DNA of 64,000 nucleotides, from IMG/VR virus record IMGVR_UViG_3300048609_000070. One strand, written 5' to 3'. The translations under genes were made by a program, and so were the position numbers. A model generated the notes under the pieces. That model had not been told where the DNA came from and did not search any database. It saw nothing but the letters and a program-made list of their open reading frames with translations. This stretch comes from a virus. Each line of letters starts with the position of its first letter. Positions within the stretch are counted from its first letter, which is position 1. Below, piece by piece: positions 48,199-57,837 of this stretch.

Positions 48199-49112
48199 AT
48201 TTTAGGGCACCAATCCAATCTCCTGTGTGCTTTTGCACAATTTAAAGCATACCTTCGATCATGCCCTGGCCTGTCTGGAACGAAAGATATTAGATCTTCT
48301 GACTTATTCATTATTTTCAAGACTGTTTTGACAAGACTTAGATTATCTATTCTGACCGAGCTGCCAAAATGAAATAGATCGTTCAGTACCATCTCCTTTT
48401 CTGAAAAGTATTTATTAATAATAAGGTCTATTCCATTCGTAAAGTCGTCTACCCACAGCCACTCCCGTTTATTCCGACCCTCCCCGTAAATTGGAATCTT
48501 ATTTCCTATGAGAGCATTTGAAATAACCGTGGGAAGGAATTTTTCCTTATTCTGATTTGGACCGTAATTATTTGCTGCCCTGCAAATAACATAATCAAAA
48601 TCAGAAAAGCTGTGGTGTATCGCTCTAATGATTAGCTCCGCAGACGCTTTTGTTGCGGCATAAAAATTATTTGGAGCTAAAAGCTGGTCTTCTGCGTATT
48701 CTTCTACCGATTCAAACGGAAGGTCCCCTAGAACTTCGTCTGTTGAGATCTGAATAAAAAGGATCTTTTTGCCGGTGTCCCTCTGGTAGTTCCTGATCTC
48801 TGCGATAGTACGCTGTACTCCCAAGACGTTTGAATGAATAAACACTTTTGCTTCTTTGTCTTGTAGAGACCGATCTACAAATGTTTCTCCTGCATAATTA
48901 ATAATGACGTCTGGTTCTGCCTCGTCGAGGATAGCTCGCCAGTTCAGGATGCTAATGTCTCCCCACCATAGTTTTACAGTTTCAGGCACGCGAGAAAAAT
49001 CTCCTGCGTAGGTGAAACAGTCTACAACATGCACCGCTTGTCCCTTGCGTAGAAAATATTCAATTGCGTTCGATCCGATAAATCCAGCTCCTCCTGTGAT
49101 AATGATGTTCAT
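48126..49112 (-). CDS. rmlB: dTDP-glucose 4,6-dehydratase
   Basis: 328 aa. TGGAGFIGSN Rossmann motif. YAATKAS (YxxxK). SDR extended family. Confidence 0.85.
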   Translation of the reverse strand: MNIIITGGAGFIGSNAIEYFLRKGQAVHVVDCFTYAGDFSRVPETVKLWWGDISILNWRAILDEAEPDVIINYAGETFVDRSLQDKEAKVFIHSNVLGVQRTIAEIRNYQRDTGKKILFIQISTDEVLGDLPFESVEEYAEDQLLAPNNFYAATKASAELIIRAIHHSFSDFDYVICRAANNYGPNQNKEKFLPTVISNALIGNKIPIYGEGRNKREWLWVDDFTNGIDLIINKYFSEKEMVLNDLFHFGSSVRIDNLSLVKTVLKIMNKSEDLISFVPDRPGHDRRYALNCAKAHRRLDWCPKMCLEDGLEIVVKDITNRFKKGLLP

Positions 49113-49299
49113 GATCTCTCCAATCTTCTTATAACTCCTAAAATTTTATCTACGATCAGTTCGATCAATGTGCTACTTCCTTGTATATTGTCTAGTTCCT
49201 TTATTATATTTTTCAAAGTTGCTATACTCTCCCTTATCTTCTCTCGATTATCAACATACTCTAATCTTACGTCCGATGTAACAGTCGTGTCATTTTCTG

Positions 49300-49767
49300 T
49301 CACGGAGACGCCCCATTATAATATTTATAGATCCAAGTTTTTATCTCCGCAGCCATATAGGTGACAAGACCATGCACTTTCTGTTGCGGCCTTCGGAAAA
49401 TGACATGGGATTTTATGTACATTTCTTGGACATAATTACTTTCTATGCCTAGAAAAATTGGTTTTGCCATTTCAAGTCCCATTCCAAGCTTGATTAGTGC
49501 CTCTGCCCAAATTCCACCGACTGGAAGCCAGAAACAAAGACTGTCCGCGTGAATTATTTTTTCGCGTTCCCATGTCTGCAGGTTATTTTGAAGGACAGGA
49601 TTTGTGGTAATTGCATATTTAGGACGTGGATTGAAAACATTGATTTTCTCTCCAGATAAGTACTCTACCACTTCGGCTTGCCAGTCAGAGCAGCCGATGG
49701 TAGGTCCAATCAGACAAATGGACAATCCTGAAGTCGGATCAGGACATGGAATGGGTATCTCTCTCAT
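49300..49767 (-). CDS. hypothetical protein
   Basis: 155 aa ORF. Confidence 0.3.
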   Translation of the reverse strand: MREIPIPCPDPTSGLSICLIGPTIGCSDWQAEVVEYLSGEKINVFNPRPKYAITTNPVLQNNLQTWEREKIIHADSLCFWLPVGGIWAEALIKLGMGLEMAKPIFLGIESNYVQEMYIKSHVIFRRPQQKVHGLVTYMAAEIKTWIYKYYNGASP

Positions 49768-50594
49768 GGCACAATTAAATATTCCGTTACTAAAGACCGT
49801 TCTTGTCCTTTTGAATTGATTCTTCTGGGGGACTGCACTTCGATGCGTGTATACTTACGAAATATTTTCCGTGTCAAAGGACTCGAAGACGCGGAAAGAA
49901 TAACTTTAACGCCCTTTTTCGTAAGGAAATGCATTGTCCTTTCCAGTCTTTCATGGTCAGCTACTGTAAATGAAGCTTTTGTGTAACTAACAAAAGACGT
50001 TGGTTTTATTGGCAGGTATGGCGGATCGAAATAAACAAGATCTCCTTTTTTGGCATCTTGAACAGACTCTTCAAAATCTGCACAAAAAATCCTTACATTT
50101 TTGAGCGCCTTTGATACTTCCAAGATCAATGGTTCATTGCACAACGTAGGGTTCTGGTAACTGCCATAAGGGGCATTGAATTCTCCTGACTTATTAACTC
50201 GGAAAAGACCGTTATAGCACGTTTTGTTCAAATAAATAAACTTTGCCGCTTGAGTTGCAGGATTCCCGCTCTGCACAGTTTCTCGGACGTGATAATATAA
50301 AGATGCTGCATACCCTGTTTTTCTCAAGAGGTTCATATGCCGTGTAGAGAGGCTCTTTAGGACATCAAGGACGGCATAGGGATTTTTCTTGAGTTGAAGG
50401 TATGTATTCATGAGAGGCTGCACTGTATCCGAAATAACTGCCTTCTCGATTCGTTTCATCTCTAGCAATCGAAAGAGAAGAGCTCCTCCGCCTACCATTG
50501 GCTCGTAGTAGGTATTGATCGAAGAAGGAAGCAATTTTTCAATGCATGGAAGCAGAAACGTTTTTCCGCCTGCCCATTTGACGAATGGTTTCAC
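49764..50594 (-). CDS. dam: DNA adenine methyltransferase (Dam-like, N6-MTase)
   Basis: 276 aa. KWAGGK N-terminal motif. DPPY catalytic motif. Confidence 0.85.
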   Translation of the reverse strand: MKPFVKWAGGKTFLLPCIEKLLPSSINTYYEPMVGGGALLFRLLEMKRIEKAVISDTVQPLMNTYLQLKKNPYAVLDVLKSLSTRHMNLLRKTGYAASLYYHVRETVQSGNPATQAAKFIYLNKTCYNGLFRVNKSGEFNAPYGSYQNPTLCNEPLILEVSKALKNVRIFCADFEESVQDAKKGDLVYFDPPYLPIKPTSFVSYTKASFTVADHERLERTMHFLTKKGVKVILSASSSPLTRKIFRKYTRIEVQSPRRINSKGQERSLVTEYLIVP

Positions 50595-51340
50595 GAGATC
50601 ACCGGTAGCCTTTTTAGCCCTTTCTTTCCAAATTTTTTGATGAAAGTATCTGGATCATACCCACGTTTCAAGATGACTGTCCCTCCGAATATACCTATTT
50701 CTTCAAGCCGTTCCTTTGCCCGTGTCCCTGCGCGTTTTCCGCTGTTATCTCCATCAAACAGCGTAAACACTTTATTGGTGTACCTCTTCAAGAGCATTGC
50801 CTGCTTCTTTGTCAGGCTTGACCCACAAACTGCACAGCAGTTCTTTATTCCTTCGGAATATAAACTAATGACATCGAAATAACCTTCAACAACGATGGCG
50901 TAGCCTGCCCTGTAAATATGTTCTCGCGCTCGATCAAGACCGTAGAGAACCTGTCCCTTTTGATAAAGTACTGAATTCTTAGAATTCAGGTATTTAATCT
51001 CGCTGTCTGGATCCAGCGCTCTTCCGCCAAATCCGACCAATCTTCGTGCATGATAGATAGGAATCATGATACGATTAGAAAATACATTTCTGTATACTTT
51101 GTTGAACTTATCATCAAAATCGAATGTTATTAAGCCTATGCCTTCTGCGTCCCTCAAGTCGGTGTTCTCTAGCCAGTCTAGCCCTGTCTGTGGGCAATAC
51201 CCGAGCCTGAATTTGATTGTAGTGTCTTCCCCAAGGCGCTTGTGGAGATAGTCCCGTGCTTCCTTGTGCTCATCCAGACTTGCAAGAAAGAACTGCAAGG
51301 CCGATTTGTTTATTTCAATAAGTTTTTCTATCTTCTTCAT
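50591..51340 (-). CDS. DnaG-like primase, TOPRIM domain protein (no N-terminal Zn-binding domain)
   Basis: 249 aa. TOPRIM: VVEGYFDVISL and TLFDGDNSGKRA. Confidence 0.65.
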   Translation of the reverse strand: MKKIEKLIEINKSALQFFLASLDEHKEARDYLHKRLGEDTTIKFRLGYCPQTGLDWLENTDLRDAEGIGLITFDFDDKFNKVYRNVFSNRIMIPIYHARRLVGFGGRALDPDSEIKYLNSKNSVLYQKGQVLYGLDRAREHIYRAGYAIVVEGYFDVISLYSEGIKNCCAVCGSSLTKKQAMLLKRYTNKVFTLFDGDNSGKRAGTRAKERLEEIGIFGGTVILKRGYDPDTFIKKFGKKGLKRLPVIS

Positions 51341-51376
51341 GCCCAGTATTATAGTCTGAAAAATAGAAAAATCAAG

Positions 51377-51709
51377 TCATTTTTTCCAGTATTGCTCCTG
51401 TGATATCCAAAAAATGAAAGAAAGACACATGACGGAGCCTAACCACCCAAGAATATTTGCAACGACGGATGTATGTTGCCAAATCATGGGAACAAAAAAT
51501 ACAAAAAAACATAAGAAAAGCCCAATGATTAGTAGCTTTGGCAGATTTTCATTTAGACCAAATTTTACCGTGTTTTTTGTTGACTTTTTTACATACATGC
51601 CGTAGTCTGGATCTTTTTCCACAGAGAATTTCCTTCCAATCTTTGGACTGGAACATCGAGAGTCTGTCCAACACATTCTGGAGATCTTGGCCAATTGATT
51701 ACTTTGCAA
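51377..51709 (-). CDS. hypothetical membrane protein
   Basis: 110 aa with two TM segments. Confidence 0.35.
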   Translation of the reverse strand: MQSNQLAKISRMCWTDSRCSSPKIGRKFSVEKDPDYGMYVKKSTKNTVKFGLNENLPKLLIIGLFLCFFVFFVPMIWQHTSVVANILGWLGSVMCLSFIFWISQEQYWKK

Positions 51710-52195
51710 ATTGCTAATTTTTCTTTTTCGATTATACGCAAAATAGACAACGTTACGTCTGTAAGATGCATCTGATACACGTCACCGGGATGCATGGTTG
51801 ATTCCTCTCGGGTTTATCCGAGTGTAACATTGTTGTAACCTGGATCTTAAAAAAAGAATGGCGTGCAAGCTCCTTGCCCATTCCCAGGACCCGGTTTGCA
51901 CGCCATCCCGTTTTTCAATCGGTTTACAGCCGATTTGGCTTCCCAGATGCCCCCTGAGAAACGGGGTCCTCCAGCAGTATCTTGCTTCCCAGCTTGTTTA
52001 GGCTAAGTTCTGTCAGTGTACTTCTATTGTACGACCCGGACATATGGGGTCCGGGGCAGGACTTGCACCTGTATTTCTAACAGTTAGTTCTGCTGCAAGC
52101 TCAATGCTGCCTTCCAGATTTAGGAGTTTGTTGGAAAAAACACTAACTACTTCAGCTCCAGTGACGATGACACTAAGTTTGAGTTTGATCCAACT

Positions 52196-52954
52196 CTAAG
52201 CTCCTTTGTTTATGTAATCGATGAGTTTCTTTCCAATGCTGACCGGAACGATCTCCTCGTTGTTTGCACGCATACGGGCCTTTTTGCATGCTTCGATCAT
52301 GATGTCAATTCGCGCCATCCTCTTTGATTTTTCTGCTGGAGTGATCATTCCGGACCACTTTTCCGTTGCATATTTGCCAACAGGAACTTGGTCTGTCCAC
52401 TTCTCGATCTGCGCCGGATGCTTATCGGTTGCATCGTAAACAACCTTGTGCCTGACCTGCTGCTCTGTTTTCAGGCGTTCTTCGACAACAGATGCTTTGT
52501 ACACACCCGCGCGCTCGGTTGTTGTTGGCTCCCACTTGATTCCAGGCTGCAGCGTGGGGATTACTTCGTACATCTGCCGGATCTTTTTCAACTTGTCTTC
52601 GAGACCAAGAAGAAACGTCACTGGAAGGTCTTTCCCAAAGACAACCCCATCAACAATCAGATCTGCTTTCGCTTTCTGATTTGTTACTTCTTTTTGTACA
52701 ACAACATCCAAGTAGGCTACTGCAAAAGAAAGAGCGTAATCCAACTTCTCATCGACGGTGGAGACGAGCTCTTTGGTCTCCAATCCGGATGTCTCTTCAT
52801 TTTCCCTCTCTGCGGAGAACATCTTCAAAGTCTTTACGTGTCCTTGGAAATGTTCTGTCTTCTTAGAGAACGTGTTGAAGGCTTCGCTCATCATTTTTTC
52901 GTAAGTAGCCTTTTTTTCAGTTTCTACCGCTAACAGTTCGTGAAGGTGCCCCAT
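52196..52954 (-). CDS. hypothetical protein
   Basis: 252 aa ORF. Confidence 0.45.
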   Translation of the reverse strand: MGHLHELLAVETEKKATYEKMMSEAFNTFSKKTEHFQGHVKTLKMFSAERENEETSGLETKELVSTVDEKLDYALSFAVAYLDVVVQKEVTNQKAKADLIVDGVVFGKDLPVTFLLGLEDKLKKIRQMYEVIPTLQPGIKWEPTTTERAGVYKASVVEERLKTEQQVRHKVVYDATDKHPAQIEKWTDQVPVGKYATEKWSGMITPAEKSKRMARIDIMIEACKKARMRANNEEIVPVSIGKKLIDYINKGA

Positions 52955-52968
52955 ATTTTCCTCCGTAG

Positions 52969-53301
52969 CTATTTTTCGATTTTTGAAATTACAGCATTAA
53001 GCTTGAACTTTTTATTAATGCCCTTGCTCTCCAAGTAGTAGGAATTGATCCTCCGAACGATCTTCGTGATCCTTCTCAGACTCGGTTCATGCACGTAGAG
53101 AACGGAAGGAACCTTCTTTATTTGTTGAGTGCAATACGATAATATCGAGAAGAATTTTTTAATGTCCCCTTTTTCTTCGATCGTATTGCTTATGGAAAAG
53201 GTCTTATATTTTTCAGAATATAAAGCCTTTTTCATTCTGGAGATCGAAGTAATTTTTTCCCACTTGATTGGATGTAGCTTCGTCGAGGCATAAAGTGCCA
53301 T
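52969..53301 (-). CDS. hypothetical protein
   Basis: 110 aa ORF. Confidence 0.35.
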   Translation of the reverse strand: MALYASTKLHPIKWEKITSISRMKKALYSEKYKTFSISNTIEEKGDIKKFFSILSYCTQQIKKVPSVLYVHEPSLRRITKIVRRINSYYLESKGINKKFKLNAVISKIEK

Positions 53302-53360
53302 TGGGTTTCTCCATTGTGTCTGCGGGGTATTGTAGCTAGAAAATCGGGAAAGTCAACAGA

Positions 53361-53960
53361 TTATTTTTCGATGGAGGCCAGCTTGTCGTAGTAGGCGGGA
53401 TCTTCTTTAAGGTGTGCCCACGCAATTTTCCCTGTTAATTTTGGACAATCGTGGGTGACATCCGTCTCTGGATCATGACTCCCGTGCTCAATCTCCACGA
53501 GGAGTCCCTTCCGGAGCTGCTCTGGGGAGAACGGGGAGTCCTCCCAATGGATTCCAATCTGCGTCCCTAGATCCTTGGCGAACTCGTCCGTGATTTCTTC
53601 TGGCCGGTAGGCGTCTCCGGAAGCGCCATCATCGTGGACATCCACCGGGGCGTCTTCTTCCTCATCGGCGACCTCGGCGAGCGCTGGAGGCTCGTCATAG
53701 GGGCTCCTCGTCGGGGTCGGCTCGCCGAACATCTGCCCGGTGAGTCCGCGCATGGGCTGGACCTGTCCCGGGTAGGTCGGGGGCTGCCCCAGTGGTTCCG
53801 GCGGTTTGTCGGGTTCCGGCGGAAGTGTCGGTGTTGTCGTCCCTGTTTGTGCATCGGTCAAGAGCTTTGTGATCTCTTTGACTTTATTGTCCGGGATGTT
53901 TTGTTTTCTGAGAATTTCTTCCAAGATTTTCGGTTCAAGTTTCTGTGCTCTTTTTTTCAT
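53361..53960 (-). CDS. hypothetical protein with Pro-rich linker
   Basis: 199 aa. GC-rich, Pro-rich middle (PTLPPEPDKPPEPLGQPPTYPGQ). Confidence 0.4.
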   Translation of the reverse strand: MKKRAQKLEPKILEEILRKQNIPDNKVKEITKLLTDAQTGTTTPTLPPEPDKPPEPLGQPPTYPGQVQPMRGLTGQMFGEPTPTRSPYDEPPALAEVADEEEDAPVDVHDDGASGDAYRPEEITDEFAKDLGTQIGIHWEDSPFSPEQLRKGLLVEIEHGSHDPETDVTHDCPKLTGKIAWAHLKEDPAYYDKLASIEK

Positions 53961-54665
53961 CTATAGCCTCGTCAAAAATTCTTCGTTTGGAGCGTTGTTA
54001 ATTGCGAAGTCCGCAGATGGCACGGAAATATCAGCTCCGCACCGTGGACATTTTTTTGCTCCTGCTGCAAACTCTTCAGATTCAATTCCGCAAAACGGAC
54101 AAGCATGGACGAAACTATCTGGATTTCTCTCAGATGGTTGATAGGGACCAGCAAAAGCGTCTGAAATAAGCTTGATTGCCGCATGAAGATGCCGCATGCT
54201 ATTTTTTTCCATTGTTTTTTCTCCAAGCTCTATCCAGCACTCCGGAGCTTTAAATATTTTTCCGTAGTCTTGGAAGATCTCCAGGTTCCCTTCCTCGTCA
54301 TCGATAAAAACTAAATCTTTATGATCTTTTAGTTTATTTTCTACCATTGACTTTTTGAATTTGGAAGGAGGGGTATGATCGTCCCGTAAAAATAAATGGT
54401 CATTGTCTACGTCAAAATCGTAATGCTTCTTGAGCCAATCCTTTGTTGTTTCCCTTAATGTTTCTCTCCTTCCAGAAATAAAATAAACATCGTCAAAGAT
54501 CTTTGTCATTTTAGGAAGGACTTTTTGAGCTTCTGGAAAAGGAGAATCTTTTTCTACCATGTCCGGAGAAAAAAAGGCGTCCCAATCTGGTTTTTCACAT
54601 TCAACAAGATGAGCACGATGGTCCGTGTTAGCGAGTGTCCCGTCAATGTCAAGGACAAGAATCAT
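53961..54665 (-). CDS. HAD-superfamily phosphatase (PNK-phosphatase-like) with C-terminal zinc ribbon
   Basis: 234 aa. Motif I LVLDIDGTL. C-terminal CPFCG...CPRCG. Confidence 0.6.
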   Translation of the reverse strand: MILVLDIDGTLANTDHRAHLVECEKPDWDAFFSPDMVEKDSPFPEAQKVLPKMTKIFDDVYFISGRRETLRETTKDWLKKHYDFDVDNDHLFLRDDHTPPSKFKKSMVENKLKDHKDLVFIDDEEGNLEIFQDYGKIFKAPECWIELGEKTMEKNSMRHLHAAIKLISDAFAGPYQPSERNPDSFVHACPFCGIESEEFAAGAKKCPRCGADISVPSADFAINNAPNEEFLTRL

Positions 54666-54672
54666 TCTTTCC

Positions 54673-57600
54673 TCACTCTATAATCCGTACAGGCCATAAA
54701 TCTGTTACGTCGTAAAATCGCCACTCCTCTTCTCCAACATTATAAGTATACTGCCCCTTCGGATTTTCACGTGGGGAGTTTTTAGAATAGTCAACTGGCG
54801 CAACTGCGACTTCAACAATTCCTACGTCATCCATTTTCCGAGATCGCAGATGCTCTGGAAAATCTCCCATAACAAGTGGCAAGTTACTGTAATGAGCAAG
54901 TGATTTTGTAAAATTCCATTTCCGTTCAAGATCTTGTTCTTCAGAAATTGGCTGATCGTAAAAGTCAAGTTTATTAATTGCCTTTTCCAGTAACCATTCT
55001 TTCCCTTCTGGAGTTTTACGAAATTTCTCTACCTTCTGTATGGGCACAAGGGGTTCTTCCGCCAAGCTTTGGGCTAAGGGCAGGTATTCTGAAATATACG
55101 AATTAGCTTCGTCAATCACATTTTTTAGCGCATCTGACAGAGATAACCTTGGATATTTATCTAGTGTGTCTTGGTAGTCGCCTGTTACATAAGTATTCCC
55201 AAAGAAACTAAAAAATTCATTATCCATAATATGAATTAACGAATTCTGTGCTGCTTCAGCTGTTGCCCCTAATTTCTTTATTTCCTCAAAAGCCTCTGGA
55301 TAATCTAATTCTCCATTGGCCATTCCAACAACGAATCTGATTCCATTTTTGTAGGCGACAGCATTTTGATAATTTGTAGTAGAAATACTGCTTGCTTCAC
55401 CGAAGGCGCCTAACGTCGTTTTTGTTGGGTCAACAATAAAACCTTGTTCTAATATTTCTTTTGCATAAGGGGACACATGATAGACATACCCAATTGGTTC
55501 TGGAACTTTCGTATAGTTATCAACTTGCTTTTCTGGGTATTCCTCTTGTTGGGAAAGAATCTTCAAGGCTTTTAAAAAATGTTCTTTGTAGAAATTTCTA
55601 TTTTTTTGAGAGTTTATTGCACTCTGTATTATTTTGAACATACCGGTATTTCTGAATATTTGCCAGGTATCCTTATACGAGAATTCTTCCAAGGTTCCAG
55701 GAGCAGGAACGAGATCATATCCCAGCGTCTCAAAAAGTATGATAGCCATTTCCTCTTTTGTTTTTGCAAATTCGTGCCCGATAAATCCGTCTGGTGTATA
55801 CCACGTAACCCGATAGGGTTCCTTACCGTATGCATCGAGCGACGTAACTCCAAACCGCGTTCCTTCTATATTGGAATACTCTTGTCCAATGTCAATAATA
55901 GAAGAAAGTTCGTCGAACTTTTCTTCTCTTACGTGCTTCCATTTTTCTATGTCTTTAAAGCTTATTTGCCAGCTTTCGTTATTTTCTTCAACTTGTTGGG
56001 CAAGTATCTGCAAAGCTTGTTGCAGATGCATCGTTGCTTCTACAGGATGACCTAACCATTGCGCTAATTCTTTGTTCCATGGTTGTGTAAATTCATCTTC
56101 GGATAAAGAGTCTAATATTTCCTTTCCTTGTCCGGGCATTCCAAGTAAATGGTCTGCCATTATCCCACTGTAATGAATTTCACTAAGTGCTTCTTGGAAT
56201 ATCATGATCTTTTCATCTAATGAATTGGCTGAAACTAATCTATCGAGTGTTTCGCGTTTAGGAATTACTACGGTTTTGTAAAGTTCATTTTGAGTCATAT
56301 ACAGTTCTTTTAATTTATCTACAATTTCTTCTGTGTGGTCATTAATAGTATCAGGAAAAATTTTCGTTAGCTCACTTATGTCATCATTATACAAATATGT
56401 CAATAAACTTGCAGAGTTTGGATACTCATTTTTGATTTCGTCTTTGCCTCTGTTTGGAAATAAAAGTGAAAGAGATATATCCGCAAATGGCGAAAGTACG
56501 TCGTCAACTGTAAGATCGCTTGCAATTGCGTCTATAATTGCCATAGCCACAGATGCTTTATCAAGACCTTCTACTCTTATTTTCATCATTTTTGGAATAA
56601 TGGAGGAAAGATCTTTTTCGCTCGTTAGCTTTTGGAGAAAAGATAGGAAGTTTTCTTCCATTTCATGCGATTCGATCCATTTTTGGTATGTAACTATTAA
56701 TTCTTTAATTCCAATATCCAGTTGCCTTGAAAGAATTTCTTTAATTTGTTCTTTTGCTAGGTATGCCTGATCTGGTAAAGATCCAAGATTTCTTTCTTCT
56801 GCAAGAATCCAGCCGTATTTGTAAGTAAATTCATATATCGTTTTTAATACATCAAATGATAAGGTAGCGTTCCGATATATGGATGATTTTTTTTCTTTAT
56901 TTTCTTTTGCTTCCTCAGTCAAACACTCTTCTATATTTTCCGGTTTTTCTCGGCAAAGCAATTCTACCGCGCTTGCCTGATTGTGCGCATCTTCGTAAAT
57001 GGTCCCTTCTTGCATCAGCGATCGTTCGTGCATTTCATGCATCAAAACGTATAGAATTTCGTCTTCTGCGGTATCGTCATCGATCCAGATTTCATCCTCT
57101 GGAATAAATTCGTAGACGTATCCATGTCCACCTAAAGTAAAGTCTATATTACAGTGTTCCCTAACCTTTTTTCCGTCTACAAGCCAGATAGTGAAATCAA
57201 CAGGTAGTCCCAAATCAAGCTCTTTGAGGTATACATCTTTATCAGAAGCTTCTTTTGTTTGGTTCATCCATGGTTTTGGCAGTTCACCATGATCATATAA
57301 AAAATCCATTAGCTGGGGTCCTTCAAGAACTCTATCTGGCATGATACCTTCATTGCTATACCAATCCCCAGGTTCTACTGTCATTGGATATTCTGTGTAG
57401 AAATCTTCTTTCTCATTTTCAGGACGGTGTTCAAATTTACCATAGCCAAAATCTATTATTGCGAGTAAACCATTTTGACGGATATCATCTTCTGTAACAT
57501 CATGAAAGGATTTTCCCAATTTTTTTCCGGTATTATAGATAATAGCGCCAACAGATTTATCTAAACTATAAACATCAGCAAGGAATACTAATTTTTTGAC

Positions 57601-57837
57601 TGCCTGTTCGTAATCTTCTTCAGTTTCGAACTCAGTTCCGTAAGAATCTGCAACCCAATTTCCAATTCCAGGTATCAAACCGTCATCCATGATACTTTGC
57701 TTATTGTCAACTATGGTTCCATGGAACAGCATTAACTTGTCTGGAGAAATTACAGGTTCTCGTTCTATATACTCTACATTGTATGGTAAATCTCCCTGCT
57801 GTCCAAGAATGTGTAATACTTTTTGTAAATTGTTCAT
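54673..57837 (-). CDS. large hypothetical protein (1054 aa)
   Basis: Long uninterrupted ORF with no recognised motifs. Confidence 0.5.
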   Translation of the reverse strand: MNNLQKVLHILGQQGDLPYNVEYIEREPVISPDKLMLFHGTIVDNKQSIMDDGLIPGIGNWVADSYGTEFETEEDYEQAVKKLVFLADVYSLDKSVGAIIYNTGKKLGKSFHDVTEDDIRQNGLLAIIDFGYGKFEHRPENEKEDFYTEYPMTVEPGDWYSNEGIMPDRVLEGPQLMDFLYDHGELPKPWMNQTKEASDKDVYLKELDLGLPVDFTIWLVDGKKVREHCNIDFTLGGHGYVYEFIPEDEIWIDDDTAEDEILYVLMHEMHERSLMQEGTIYEDAHNQASAVELLCREKPENIEECLTEEAKENKEKKSSIYRNATLSFDVLKTIYEFTYKYGWILAEERNLGSLPDQAYLAKEQIKEILSRQLDIGIKELIVTYQKWIESHEMEENFLSFLQKLTSEKDLSSIIPKMMKIRVEGLDKASVAMAIIDAIASDLTVDDVLSPFADISLSLLFPNRGKDEIKNEYPNSASLLTYLYNDDISELTKIFPDTINDHTEEIVDKLKELYMTQNELYKTVVIPKRETLDRLVSANSLDEKIMIFQEALSEIHYSGIMADHLLGMPGQGKEILDSLSEDEFTQPWNKELAQWLGHPVEATMHLQQALQILAQQVEENNESWQISFKDIEKWKHVREEKFDELSSIIDIGQEYSNIEGTRFGVTSLDAYGKEPYRVTWYTPDGFIGHEFAKTKEEMAIILFETLGYDLVPAPGTLEEFSYKDTWQIFRNTGMFKIIQSAINSQKNRNFYKEHFLKALKILSQQEEYPEKQVDNYTKVPEPIGYVYHVSPYAKEILEQGFIVDPTKTTLGAFGEASSISTTNYQNAVAYKNGIRFVVGMANGELDYPEAFEEIKKLGATAEAAQNSLIHIMDNEFFSFFGNTYVTGDYQDTLDKYPRLSLSDALKNVIDEANSYISEYLPLAQSLAEEPLVPIQKVEKFRKTPEGKEWLLEKAINKLDFYDQPISEEQDLERKWNFTKSLAHYSNLPLVMGDFPEHLRSRKMDDVGIVEVAVAPVDYSKNSPRENPKGQYTYNVGEEEWRFYDVTDLWPVRIIE

